NCBI GenBank assembly: GCA_043228905.1
Contig: JBHGNT010000014.1
Location: 18,724,001 to 18,788,000, forward strand
Reading direction: 5' to 3'
Source: Azolla caroliniana
Taxonomy: Eukaryota > Plantae > Polypodiophyta
Length of the DNA stretch: 64,000 bases
The position numbers were made by a program, and so were the translations under genes. Shown piece after piece: positions 1 to 14,136 of this stretch. The notes beneath the pieces are model-generated. The model saw nothing but the letters and a program-made list of their open reading frames with translations, had not been told where the DNA came from and made no database searches. Numbering within the stretch: the stretch's first letter is position 1; the number at the start of each line of letters is the position of its first letter.

Positions 1-402
1 CGCCATGGCTATCCTGATGTCCTTTTTGTGTCTTTGTTTTTCATTTCCTCGACATAGCTCAACGTTGAGTAACCGAAGAATATATAACTTATGATCACTG
101 ATATTTATGTCGCAAAAAACTCAACTCTATACACTGGTCTTACAAGCAAGAACAATGCCAGGAAGCCGACATTGATATATATATAACACATATATATAGG
201 TTGGTGTATAAACATATAACTTGAACTTAATAAAATCATGACCTGAACCTATTCTCTCTGCCTTGCAGGAAAATAACTTCTTAACCTTTGATCTGAACCT
301 TTGATTGGATGAAAACTTCATACTTACCTTTCCTAAGCTTTTTCTCTGCTTCAGCCACACTATTATTCGGGGTTTTTCTGATGCGAGATATTATAAAATT
401 GC

Positions 403-2094
403 TTATGATAAATACTTAGATCCTCTATTCGATCTCCATGCCTTTGGAAAATAGACAACTCGATTATTACTATCTAAAGAATTGGCCTTTCCAACAACAT
501 GGTTCTTCTCACTCTCTGTTGCAATACATTGCTTCAAATGTCTTAATTGCTGTAGGCATTGCTTTGCTCTCACTTGGTCCCTCCATGGTGTTGTAGTTTT
601 ACCTTGAATGTATAGATCGTTCGCACTCCTCTCATAAGGAGACATCCACTTTGCAGTCATATACTCAAGCGTTCTCCAAGGAGGAAGGGGCATTAAATTC
701 TGCTTCAACGATAATTTTGCAGCTTCAGCCATAACTTGCAAGGTTTGTTTCAGCTTTTCTGCTGATCCAACAAAAATAACTGGTAAAAGCTTTAATGCTG
801 CTGCGTAAGAATGTGTGGGTCGAGCTATCTCAAATTGGCTTAAAAAATCCACATCCACAATCAATCGATCTTGATCGATACTCAATGTATTCTTTTCACT
901 GTCCAAGCAAACATCAATATACTCATACTCACCTGAGTGATTCAACATCAGAAAGAGGTTAATTCTTTGTTTAATCTCCATATCAATCTCAAAGACACTC
1001 AAGAAAAGAACTAGCAATGGACACTGTAATATCCAGCAACAAAGAACTAGCAAAGTTTAGAGACTATGAAAATAGAATAAAAAAGAAAGCATGATCTATA
1101 ACAATCAACACAACTGGTAAAAACTAAGAGTTTTTGAAAATATAATAGCGATGGAAACTGTGCTTAGGCACTTACCCCGTGGTAATTTTCCTGAGTTAGA
1201 CCACTTTGAACTGCAAATGGCAGCATCACATCCTGAAAGTCTGAGGTGTTTTACAAATAAGCGACGTATACATCCTCCATTGCATTCTGTGCCTTTCTTG
1301 TTACATATCAAATCAATCTCTTTTATGGAGAGGGAAAGCATCGTAAGAGTACTTAGAAGCTCTCTTTCTGCAGGAGTAGAATTAGATTTCAGTGCCTGAA
1401 GCATAGAAGAATCACAATCAGTGCCTGAAGCAAGAAACAAAAAAGTGAAAGGAAAACTATGTTCTACATGAATAATAGCACCTAGTTTAAGGTTCCTGAC
1501 TCTACAAACAAGTCCTTTTTGATGAAAACTAAATTCCCTATTCTATACAAAGAATACAAACAAGTCTTTTTTAATGAAAACGAAATTCCCTATTCTATGT
1601 AGCATTCCAGAAGATACAGAACATTTCTTTTTTCTCTTTTCTGCATGAAGAAACAAAATAAGTACCTGAAGAGTCTCAAAAAGCTTTGGTCCATTAGTGA
1701 TGCCATTCTCACCATCACTACTCTCTGGAAAATCTGATCCATAACTTCCATTCTCCATGAAATCATGTACCATGGCTGCCAAGTCATGTTCGCTTTCAGC
1801 ACTTCCATGAAGGTCGGATGGGAATTCTAAAGCAAAATGGCAATTATCCTTGTTGTGAACCTGGTCATTGTGATTTATTAACAAGTGGTTATTGTGTTGA
1901 TTAATTCTTGGTTCTTCTGGCAAATCCAAGGTTGTCTCATTCACATCGTATCTAACAGTAGTTAGGTGATTCAGTGGCATACGCCTGAAGTCTGTAGATC
2001 TGGTGGAAGGAATCCGAGAGGGAAGAGGAAATTGTATAGGACAAAAATGAAGCGCATCAGCATCCCTCAGATGATGCGAGAGGAGGCCGGGCAT
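403..2094 (-). CDS. DUF506 family protein, 3 coding exons (2094-1666, 1395-1176, 932-403), about 392 aa
   Basis: Motifs HDLAAMVHDFMENG, LRLSGCDAAICSSKW, GEYEYIDV, RLIVDVDFLSQFEIARPT and MPLPPWRTLEYMTAKW are typical of plant DUF506. GT-AG introns 1665-1396 (phase 0) and 1175-933 (phase 1) join the three ORF pieces in frame (1179 nt). Confidence 0.9.
1501..1597. repeat. Direct duplication of about 50 bp in DUF506 intron 1
   Basis: tacaaacaagtc...gaaaac.aaattccctattcta occurs twice in tandem. Confidence 0.7.
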
Positions 2095-2573
2095 GCCTTT
2101 GTCCAGTGACAAGAATGATAATTATTAGATGGACCAATCCAACCTCTACTCTTAGATTTTTGCCAATCAGAGAAACTACGATCAAAAGAGTTAGGCAATG
2201 CTTAATTTTTCTGCGATGTTGATAATGCTCAGAATGGCTGTGACATCAACAATGCTTGATATGCCTGTGATATCAAACAATGCTAGTTATGCAGATGAAG
2301 TGTATTGATCCCGTGTTAAAATACGTTACTAGATGCTGCCTTCTGTGTGTATGTGTGCGGATGATATTTACACAGAAATCAAATCACATGGTTTATAAAA
2401 CGTCCCTTTATGGTAAGAGATCAGCAGACCATATAGTTCTTAGCAATTTTGTAATTAAAGCAAAAGGCAGAAGAGAATAATAAAACAGGTTTGCTGAAAG
2501 AGAGAAGAGTAAATACAAATTGAAGAAAACCGAAAAAAGACAGAGATGTATTTATGTAGATCGGAGAGCAATC

Positions 2574-2884
2574 AAATCAAAATCATATAGGTTTGGCTAT
2601 TAACCAGCCAAAGCAATGAAGGCTCAAATAAAATAGTTTGAGAAACCTGCAAAGATCACAGAACCAAACAAATGGAAAAAGGAATCCAAATTAGTTTCCA
2701 TACATTACTCGCAAAAGCAAATTACAGAAGAAGAAATCAAAACATATAGGTGTGGTCATTACTCTGCAAACGCAATTAAGACTAATATCAAATAGTTTTG
2801 ACAAATCTGCATAACATACCGAACCAGATAAAATGGAAAAAAGAATACAAATAAGTTTCAATAAATTACTTGCAAAAGCAAATT
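2574..2884. repeat. Diverged tandem duplication of about 160 bp upstream of the DUF506 start (probable 5' UTR intron)
   Basis: Two copies of aaatcaaaa.catatagg...aaatagttt...aatggaaaaa...gcaaaagcaaatta. Confidence 0.6.
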
Positions 2885-3444
2885 AGGCAGACAAAAAAAG
2901 AAACTAATTTGTCTTGAAAGAGAGGAGAGGATTTCAACGAAAACGAAATACAGGAAAGAGATGAGGTGTATTCTGATGATCAGAGATCAACCATATCGAA
3001 AGAGGTAACCCGATGTATTGTAATGATAAAATGAAATGGAATCGAAAACAGAGAGGTGAGGTGTAGTGTAATGATCAGAGAACAATCAATATGAAATAGA
3101 ATTTTGGTGAGCCGTATGTTGATCAGAGATCAACAAAAAAACAAAATATTCGCTTTGGTACAACCGCAAAGGACATGAAAGCGGAGAAAGGTAACAAGCC
3201 TGATCCTTCAAAAGTGACCCGACGGGAAAGGACAAAAGTTTACAAAAAATAGTAGAAAATAAGAGATCTGATCAGATGTTATAACGTTAAGAAAGGAAGA
3301 GGTCAGATCAGACTTGAATTAGGAAACGAATAAAGAGATCAGACTTGTAGCGATGGTGGAAGAAGGTTCAAGAAATGAGAAGGAGGAGAAGAAGAAGACG
3401 ATATAATAATGCGTGAATATTTGACTCTGAGAAAAGCAATTTTA

Positions 3445-3502
3445 CCACGCGGCACAAACATATAGATTTATATAATATACACGCGCGTATACACGCGCGC
3501 GG
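3445..3502 (-). promoter_or_regulatory. Putative DUF506 core promoter: TATA box flanked by CGCG (CAMTA-type) boxes
   Basis: Minus-strand TATATAAAT near 3467-3475, clustered ACGCGG, ACGCGCGT and ACGCGCGC motifs, then a CT-rich leader downstream on the minus strand. Confidence 0.4.
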
Positions 3503-5279
3503 TCGTTCACAGAAACACATATATGTATATTACGCATACGAGTTAACGTCCTCCCGAAGCCAAGCCATATCCTATTCTCTCCCACCATACCTCCGTCTAT
3601 CACACACAATTACAAATGATTGATATACATACATGTGAGGACTCAAGAGTTTACCCCTATTTCACTGCACACATTCAGGAATAATATAATCCTTTTCATG
3701 TTGCTTTTCTCTGATCTCTTATCTTTTTTCAATGCCTTCAAATCTTTCTTCACCTTTTTTCCTCTTAAGTACTCTTTTTGATCCTTTCCTATTCCTTCAT
3801 CTAATTTCTCTACCTTTTTCCTCATTCCTTTTAATCCGTTCTATCTCCAATCTAATTTCTTCATCTTTCTCTCGCATTTCTTTTACACTCTTTTAAATAG
3901 CTGCTTCTATTCCGAGGATTTCTCCCCTATCTCTTCCTTTTCTTAATCCTTTCTAACTTTATTCCCTGCAGAAAATATCCTATCCTAAAATTCTATGATC
4001 CTTTTTCTCTAGTATGCAGACAGATGAAGTGGCTATGTTCCCTCTCATTCTTAATACTCTCTAATTCCTTAATGTGTACATAGGACGAGATTGAAACAAA
4101 CTTATTCTTAATCTAATATATCCTTTCAACTGCAGATGCGTGAAATGTCTTTTTCTTTCTCTCTCACATCCTCAGACCTATAGACAGAAAGAGACAACTT
4201 TCCATTCTATGTTTTGGTGAACATCATTGTTCTACTGATTGTACTATTTAATTTAATTTTTCATCAAAGACAACGCAATGATAACAGAATTCGAATTTAC
4301 TGAATTCCCATTCCTAAACACCCTCACCATTTTTCGTTCAGCTACTTCAATTCTAACAAATTAGTCAAGTAATTTCCCGTTACCATTATGAAGATGTTGA
4401 ATTGCACTTGCCACTAACCACAATGACTTCTGAGAGATTATATCTTCATTAATAAAACCAATTCCAGTTCAAGAATCATTTAGGTTTTTACATTAAAAAT
4501 GGCAGGACGCATATATTATATAAATAGTCATCAATATCAATCGAAACAATACATTTAGACTTCCAAACTGCTGCAAAACGAAAGGAATTAAGCCTGACGG
4601 GAATTGCTTTCATTAGGGAATAGAAATCACAAATAACGAGACAATTATGCGGCAGATCAAAGGACCAGAAAAAATGAATAAAAAAAGCATTGTGGAGAAT
4701 TAAAACTAGCAGAGAACAATATTGTTTCATAAGAAATCTTACTATTTTGTTAAAGAATAAGACGATAATGAGTCGAAAGAGCAGATACCGATATGAATTA
4801 ACAATAAAATTATAGATAGTGCAAAGTCATTCAATCTTTGGACAAGATTGATGTACAGAACTAATATTAAGAATAAAAAGATATCATTACAATGGGACGA
4901 TGGATAAAAAGTGTACCGTTCAATGTGACGAATCCAAGAATCAGGAAATCCATCAAAGTGAATGTTATCATACAGGAAAGACCATAAGAGAAACAAGATA
5001 AAGTGCAGGTTGTATCAAAAGACCCGAGTGAGCATATTATATATCAATATAGGACGAATGCTTATGTAAATCAACAAATCGGAATGAATAACGCAACCAC
5101 CGGTACAAATAGATCCAGTCTCAGAGAAATTAACAAATCATTCGAAGTCATGAATAGAAAGGAGAGAGATCGGCCATGGAGAAAGAGGAACTTACTCACT
5201 TTGCCAGGCGTGATGATGAATGCTACTTTGTTGGAAGCCTAATTGATGCACCTGCTGAGGATATTGTGTTTTCTCAGGG

Positions 5280-5607
5280 GGGGGGGGAGAGAGAGAGAGA
5301 GAGAGAGAGATAATGATGACGATGACGTCTTCAGAACATACAGAGCGATTGAATGAAATAAATAGAGGTGTTTCCTCAGAGAGATTAGGGAGAGAGAAAG
5401 AAGGAAGTAGAGATGATTTGTCGGCGAGAGAGAGAGAGTGAGAGGGAGGGAGACGATGTGTGAGAAGCAGGAGAAGAAGAAGATGATGTTTCTCTGAGAC
5501 AGACAAAGAGAGATGATGATAATGATAGCGATGGTGTTTCTCTGAGAGACAGAGAGAGACGATGGTGTTCCTCTGAGAGAGAGAAAGAGAGAGAAGATAG
5601 TGTTTCT

Positions 5608-5658
<51 letters not shown>

Positions 5659-5700
5659 TGATGACGACGATATTTCTCAGTCAGAGAGAGAGAGAGAGAA
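5280..5700. repeat. (GA)n microsatellite cluster with degenerate gatgatg..tttctctgagag units
   Basis: Directly visible. Confidence 0.85.
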
Positions 5701-6819
5701 GTGTGTGTATTATGTCGTAGATCAAAAAAGAGAGGGAGGGGTTCGTATAAAACAGGAGACGAAGAAGAAGAAGAAGAAATCGCGCCGCTGTATTTAGCGG
5801 GACCTGCCGCTACATTTAGCGGCGAGGTTAGCGGCGTCCCTAAGACAGAAACCTCTAACTGCTTCTCCTCTCTCTCTTCCGTCAGCATGACGACGCATAT
5901 CCAAATTTAAACCATTTCTAAAAGACTCACTCGCGCACACACACACACACGGAGATCCGAGATTAAAATAAGTAAATAGAATAAAATGAAATGAAATAAA
6001 ATAAAATCAAAGCCCATTTTGTTTGTTTTTGTTTTCCTCTCTCTCCAGATAAAAAAAAAGGCTTTTGTGCTTTTCCTCTCTCTAATAATATATTTAAAGC
6101 AAATAAAATAAACCCAAGAAGAAGTAAAAAAGGAAAAAACAAAAAACAAATGAAATTTAAAGAAAAAAAGAAAAAAAGAGAAAACAGGAGAGACAGTAAA
6201 AAGTTGCCCATAAATTATTATTTGTTTTGTTAGTTTTTAAAAAAATGCAAGAAACTTTTAAAAGGTGCAAAAGAAGAAAAAAAAGGAAGAGCTTCGAATT
6301 AATTGTTTATTTGCACCGAATTCAATTTAAAGGATAATAAGGCCAAGAAGCTTGTTTTTGTTCTGGGGGGTTTTCGGCACTAAAAAACAAATAACAGAGC
6401 AAGTAAGGAAGAAGAAAAGAAGAAAAAGGGGAAAAGAAGAAAAAAGAGAAGGCTTTTTCGCGTCATATTTTGAGATTGGAGGCTTCTTTTTGTTTCTATT
6501 ATACTTATGAAGTTAGTTGGAAAGCATGTGTTGAATTAAGATATGAGGTGCCTCCAATTTCCTTTTTGTGTGTGTGTGAGTGTCTCTTCTCTCTCCTTAG
6601 AGATCTACAAAGCCCCACCAACCAAAGCTCATGTTCTTGCTTGATGCCCTTCACATGAGTCACACACACACATACAAACATCCCTCGCTCTCTCTCATAT
6701 CTATCTATCTATATATATGTAGTATAATGCTCCCATGCATGCATTGTCGTTCTTCACATGAAACTTGCACCATAGCTTCGGTTCTGTTTCTCTCTGATCA
6801 GATGTCAAGCGCTTGCATT

Positions 6820-6827
6820 CACACACC

Positions 6828-6866
<39 letters not shown>
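6820..6866. repeat. (CA)n microsatellite
   Basis: Directly visible. Confidence 0.9.
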
Positions 6867-6869
<3 letters not shown>

Positions 6870-9800
6870 TCTCCCTTTCGATCCGTATACCCTCTTGGCA
6901 CATGAGAGTTGCCTTGTTGCCACCCCACCTTCAGATTGCAGTCGAAAGCTCGACGGTGACATACACCCCTTTGACCATAGCTCAGAAAAACATGAGATAT
7001 GTAAACCATGTGTCCTTAACAATGTATGCCTAGAAAATAGAGTTGTTTGCTAGGGTTATGGCTATGGTTCAAGCTTCACAAATACATGCAAGTCGCCAAA
7101 TGCATTATCATACTTAGTTTGATATGATAAGTTATCGCCCGACTCGTTATAGATTATGTTTTTGTTTTATCTTCTTAGCTATGAAATTGATAAGGTTCGA
7201 TATCAAACTTATGTTGTTCACAAAAATACGAAACTTTCTATCCTCTCGTACCCCAATATCCAAACAAAGAAGGGTACTCCAAAGAATGCAATGCTTACCC
7301 ATTCACCAACGGCTCAAAATCGACCTATATTTGCTATTTGCATCGTGACATGGGAAATGTAGGTTGACCAATTATTACGTTATAGGAGGTGAAAAACATC
7401 CCTCATACTAGGCTTGATGATTGACTTCACAACATAAAAAATCATAAAGCTATCAGGGGACAAGTTCAATCCTCACCACAGGCTTGCCCCGTTTGGTAGA
7501 CCGTATTCCCTTTCACATGGAATGATATACCCCCCCCCCCTCCCCCCTCTCCCCATTGAGGTTTGGTTTGTTACACATATTCATCCACGAAAAGGTTATC
7601 ATCACAATGGCAACGTTCCACATACAATGGAGTTCAAGTCTCCATCATGCTTGTCTCTTTTCTAACACTTTATGATGTTGATAATCTCTCTCTCTCTCTC
7701 TCACACTCACTCAACGCACTAGCACATGTTGCCATCGCTTCTATTTTCGTCCACGATATGCAAACCTTGTCCCATTGACGCCTTTTTCTCAACCTTGATA
7801 TTTTTGCACATTCATCAAGACATCATCCACTTTCCCATTTGGCTTAGTTCCTTTCTTTGTACACCCAACCCAACACCTCTCCCACTTGCCACATTCATTT
7901 TTCAATATGGTTATAAGGCATTGATGACATTCCATCCCTAATACAACCTCCCTTTCTTTTCAAGCCTTGCACATCCTATGAGATATTGTTTACCAAATAA
8001 TCTCAAGAAACCTTTGTTCACCTAACTTGAGATGAGACAATATGAGGGTAATATATTCATAATTATCAAGAATGACATAAATATGGGTTTGCTGTCACAC
8101 ATCTTAAAAGGGGAAACTAATATGGAACAAGGAACAATCCAAACACTTGTTTGTTCACTATCTTAAATATCGATATGAACTATATGTGTGTATCCTATAT
8201 ATGTATGTAAATGTATTAATGTCATTCATCAACTATTCAAAAGAGTTGCACACAAGTATCATAATTTGTCAATGAGCTCATGGAACTTTTTGAAATATAA
8301 AATTTGAGAACCCCTCCTCATAGGTGTGGATCACTCATGCAAAAAGAGGATAGTAAATGAGGTTGGCTTCATTGCTATTTTCGCTTAGAAAGCAACCTAG
8401 ATTGATGCTTGGTTTTGGTTTCGTGCCTAAATTCAGAAGGGAGGTGCTCCCCTTTCAAACATTTGGAGATATGGGGCTTTCTTGGGATAGAAAACCAATA
8501 ATGTGAAGGCCTAACTATTGCTAAACATGAAATTTTTTTTGCAATTGAGACAAAGTTCTTTTGTAATATTGATGTGTTTGTATTATTAAATGTCATTGTT
8601 AATTGAGGGCAACAATTATTGGGGCAAAATAAGACTTGAGGAGGAGACAATATTAGAATATTTGGTTCAATATAATGTAACGTCTAATGTGTAAGTATTA
8701 GACTAAGATTGTAACAAAACCAACTTGGGGAGCATGAGAGTTCTAAAATACGTTGACGAAAATGAACCGAAGTTATGGCATTACACATGGTTCTCAAATA
8801 TAAGTGTATACGATAAAAAGATGTTGAAGGTTCATTGGTAAAAGAGTACACGCATGAAGTCCACCTATTTTAAATGATTAAATTTTGGTCCACCTTCCCT
8901 CTAATAGCTTTAAAAATGGAAATTGCACTCCCTTCTTGCATCCCAAATGGGCTTTGTCCCCTCCTACGATTAGCATTAGACATCACACATAGCCATGTAT
9001 CTAACATGGACAATGTTTTTCCACTCCACACCTTTATAAGAAATGAAAGGCATATTATATATTCTTTGTCTCCTTAGATGAGGTCCCCACAATTGTTCTC
9101 TAATTGATTGAAGCCTAAATAGATATTGTCAAGGGCTATGTCGATTTCAAGTACACATGGTCCTATTCTTGCTCCATAGTCCATGGGTATTGGCAAAACT
9201 AGTGATCATTGCTAGGGCCATGCGTTTAGGTAGATACCTTTACTGGTCTACTCTCAAGCTTGAGGATTTGAACTTTGCGTTCAAGACATTTGTCCCACTT
9301 GACATATTCATCCCTTGATTGCAAACTTAAAACCAATGAGCAAAGCTTGTGGAAGTACACAATACTGTTGTTGAAGTTTTGAAAAGTGACTACTTACATT
9401 GTTCTAAAGATTTTATTTCCACAAATGTTTTTAAAATGAATGCTTTGATGAAACGTAGGAATCAAGATAAGGTTTTAGATAGAAAACCAACAAAGAGCAT
9501 GAGCCAAATTCACGATGAAAGGAAAGGAAAGTGAAATTAGATGTGAGTGATAACTAGTGAAAGCAGAAATATTGTAAAGTAAAGTTTGTTGTACCATATA
9601 TACTTGTTGGTTGCAGATATATGCATTGGTCCCGCTCATTCTTTGCTTATATGCACTGTTCATGTGATTGTATTGTCCTTCAACTGACAAAATAAATAGC
9701 TTCTTGTGTTCAACAAGACACATAAACCAATACATTTGTTTCATATTCAAGGAGAGATTTGATTTTTTTCTTAAAGATCACATATTCATTCTCACCTACA

Positions 9801-12800
9801 TTCTTTCAAATGATTTTATACCATCCTACCATGCATCATTTGAAACTATGTTGTATTGGAAGGTTCGAAAGCATGTTCAGGCTATGGGTCCTGGGACATA
9901 CAAATTGCAGAACCAAATTTATGAGTTTATATTAGATATGTGGTTTTCATGGTGTAACTATGGTACCATTGGCTAATAATGGTTTGTGATATGCACAATG
10001 TTTTTGCCTTTGGTTAGTATATGATAGGATGTCATGATAATGCTTATGGTAAGCACAATGTTTCTGTCTTTGGCTCTTATATTTATGCATGGATTTCATG
10101 ATAACATTTCTCTATTGATGCTACTATTATAACATGCATGGATTTCCATGGGTAAATTATAATTTTGCATTTTAGTTTGTGAAATTAATTATTGAATGAG
10201 CTCATTAAAAATCATTGACAATGGAACGATGTGGTTTTAACTATACACCTAGAACATATTCTCACTATATGGTCTCGAAACTATGCCACTTGTTATAAAG
10301 TATATCTACACTTGTAACGAGAAATTTGTTCTCCCGCTCAGGCCCATACAATTCTTGTGTATACTTTATACAATAGAACTCCTTTACAAAGTGTCCTTCC
10401 TAATTCTATGTTGTTCTCCATATCCATACGATTATCTCGTAGTTAACAAAAAATGAACTTCCACAAATAAGCAATGATATTGTTCTCCATGTCCATTCTT
10501 GTAGTTCATAGAAGAAAATGATGGGAAATAAATAATAATTGACAATACACGAGTCAAAAAGCTTTCTAAAATTTTATTCTTATTGATCATCAATTGATAT
10601 ATTTTATGTTGCATTTGCCCTACTAAAAAGTGTTATGTGTACACCATTTATATGTTTGGGAGTACTTTGATCCTATAAAACTACTTGACTTTGTTCTACA
10701 AATAAATACTTGCTTTAATAAGTGTCTACACAAACCAATGTGAATAAGATGAGCCTACAAAAGAAAGCATATTATTTCTTGCAAAAAGTGAAAATTGTAT
10801 GCATTAAAGAGGATTTGTTAATCGAGAATCTTGATAAGCTTCTTTATGTAGTTAGGTAAGGGTTTGTGATGTGGCAGCACAATATAATGCACACTTTTTG
10901 TTTTTTAACAAATGTGGTTAATTTAGCGTATATGTCACAATATTTTGTTTTGAAACATAGATTATTTATGAATTAATTTGTGTTTAGTTCACAAAACAAG
11001 ATATGCATGACACCACACACTCTCTGTTATGTTAGTGGGCAATGTCTCATTTATCTACATAATCCATGTGCATTCGTGATTCAATAGACCTTTAACTCAT
11101 ATCCTCATCCTACTTATATAGAATATTACAAGATATGTCGTGATTATATACAATGTGTCGCATCCATCCACCTCGTCGCTTGGATTTGTATAACTACACT
11201 CTCATTGTAGGGATTATTCAATCTCTTATGTAATTATAAATACTAAACATTGTATTCATATACCAATTTTGGTACTCATAAGATGAATGGGCCAAAAACA
11301 ATATCTCGTTTAATAAAAGTGCACTTTCAAATGTGCCAAATTGAATCCATGGACATGAGTTTCTACATTAGAATTTATGTAATATATATATATATATATG
11401 TATGTATATGTATGTATGTATATATATAATTGTTAAGATTCTAATCATTCACATGGAGCACCTAAAGCAATATATGTTTCTTTTTAAATTGTACATATAG
11501 AGACGTGAGCATGGATGTCATCGATAAATAATTCCACTTCAAGCTACCGTAAACCCTCAAAACTAGCATTACCAATTGTACTAGAGAAATTTCATGAATA
11601 GAATTCAATGTGTTTCTTATCATGTCAACATTTTTACATGGTTGTTTTTGTCTTCCACCAAAAGGATACACGATTCTGGTGTTTTATGTTTGTTGATGAT
11701 GTCACACAATACAATTGAAAACAATTTCATGAGCTTCCATACCACACTATTGACAATTGTTTTGAAGCCACATTCTAGATTGTTGGTATTTTATTCCACA
11801 TACTTAATGTTTTCCTCATAAGGAGTTGCATGCATAGTCTAATATTGTGTTTGTTTTTGGAAGGGGGGCGGGTACCCATCAAGCAACAAAGAAAGAGGTT
11901 GGTAACTTCTTTGCCAGAACCTTGTCAAACTCAAAGTTGAGGTCTTAAATTGGGACAAGTGTTTATAACAAAACTAGGAGAAGCTTATTTCTCATGCCAT
12001 GCAAGACACATGAATGTACAATATTTGCTATTTAACTTGGCCCTCAACTACTCAAGAAACCATATATACCTTAGCAAGGTCAATAGTACAATTGATTGGA
12101 TTGAAAGTGTGACTCTCAACCATCATATTCATATCAACCAACCCCTGCCTCTTTAATTTATTTCCAATTCACTTCCCACTATTGGTTTTGCGGATGTCCT
12201 CGATAACGAGTTTTTTTTTTCTTTGTTTCGATTCAGCACAAGACCATGGAGTTACTTCATTATATATGATTCTTATACATGTCCTTTGATGTTTTGCGCC
12301 AACTTCTAAGAAATGGTTTGAAAGTAATACCCTTTACATCATTCATAGATGCTAGTGTAGTCTTGTTGCAAAGGTGATGCAACGTCATGGTCCTAAGGTG
12401 GATAAAAAAGTGATAGCAACATTGTGATTCTAACCTTCTTGATTTCTCTACTAAAGGTGCCCATGATAATTTCACATTTATGTAATTATACACCCTTAAG
12501 TGCCCATTATTACCATATTCCATGTATTTTGTCATTCACAATGTATGTGTCTGTCCATTGAAGATATGCTCATTCAAGGCTACCTCCATCAAGAGATAAT
12601 ATGTGATTTCCATATTAGTCTAGTTCCACATTTATGTTGAGAATGGCCATGCAAATAGGTTCTCATACTAGGTGATGCAATAATGTTGTTCTTCTCAATC
12701 ATATATTTTCCAATGAATGCAAACTACTCTTCACTGATGAACTAGATAGTTTTTGAATGCTAAACAACAATAACAACAACAATAATCATCTATATCAAAT

Positions 12801-14136
12801 TAAACATACTATAATATCATTTTTTACGTGATATTCATGATTGATAATTTTTTGATCGAATAATATAAAAGAGGAAGGGCTTACTTGGGCATCCCAGAGT
12901 TTTTGTCGAAAGTTGGAGAGCATCATACACAAACTTTTCCCCTCATTCCCTCCCTCTCTCTTAGCATTCTTGTAATTTGGTATCCTAGTATTGGACTTGA
13001 TGAAAGATACAATCGTAATTTTGGTGATTTATTTTGTATTTTGTTTTCATTCTATCTATATGCTAATGTAGTATGCAACATTTGATATCGGTCCACTTGT
13101 TTCTTCTTCTTGCTCTTATAACTTGTCTTTTGCTTTGTCTCTACTTCGATTGCCTACCTCAAAGTTCGAGTCGCCTCATAAAGCTTTGTCCATTTCTGAT
13201 TGTCGTTTTTTCCTAGACAACAACTTAGCATACCCTTTGCTAGGGTTTGGCACCCTTGAATAAATGTATCTCGTGCCTCCAAGCAATAACTTAGTTGTGT
13301 CCCCATGGTATTGTTTTAGCGGAGTGAGAGAAACTTGAAATTTTGTCATCATTATAGTGTGCCTAAGTGTTGAAAGCCATATTTTATTTCATAGATATCT
13401 TCTACTTCTTGTCTTTATCTTATTGTCCTAAGTTCTAACATACCTCAAGTTCTTTAATGGGTTCAAGGCATGAAATGAAGTTAACTTGATTTCGCTCTCT
13501 TTCCATATAATTTCAAGATTTCATGTTTTCTTTTACTTAGCACATTACAATGCCACATGCTCAACATTTAGCTTGATTAAAGCAAAAAGTTTGCGATATC
13601 AATGGCATTAGTCCATAAGTAGCGACAAAATGAGGTTGCGTGAACTTTCTAAAAGCTAGTAAATCAATTAATATGTAATAGTTTATCATGACTCTTGTGG
13701 AAAATTTGATTCACGATTCACCATATTCAATGTGATAGTTTAAAAAATAGAGCTTCAATACACAAAGGTAATGATGATATAACCTTTAATATATGCCTTC
13801 ATTGCGAGTTGTTGGATTATACAAATAAGGTTTATGCAAAATAATTTTGCCACAATGATTATGAGAAGACAATTGCAGTAAACATTTGAGAACTTTTTTC
13901 TTAGGACAAAGATGGACTTATAATTGGCCACGATATGATATGGAGTAACTAGGATAGTTCAAATTATGGAATTTACCATGGATTCACCACATATATGGAT
14001 TAATAAGGGGTATATGCATTCATTAATGTCATGAAACACAACTCAATGGGGGAACATATGGGATATATATGTTAACCCAAAGGGGACAAGTAATCTCGTA
14101 AAGAGGGCTTCTCAAACATATGTCATCAAAGAATTT

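Noticed and set aside
5210-5260. Box C/D snoRNA (GTGATGA...CTGA)
   Set aside because: Only about 50 nt, no terminal stem, and no recognisable rRNA guide.
5192-7053. ORFs of 60-170 aa with SLSLSL, THTHTH or CVCVCV runs
   Set aside because: Translations of microsatellites.
8300-13400. Short ORFs or a decayed DNA transposon in the AT-rich interval
   Set aside because: No recognisable transposase motif, TIR or TSD by eye.
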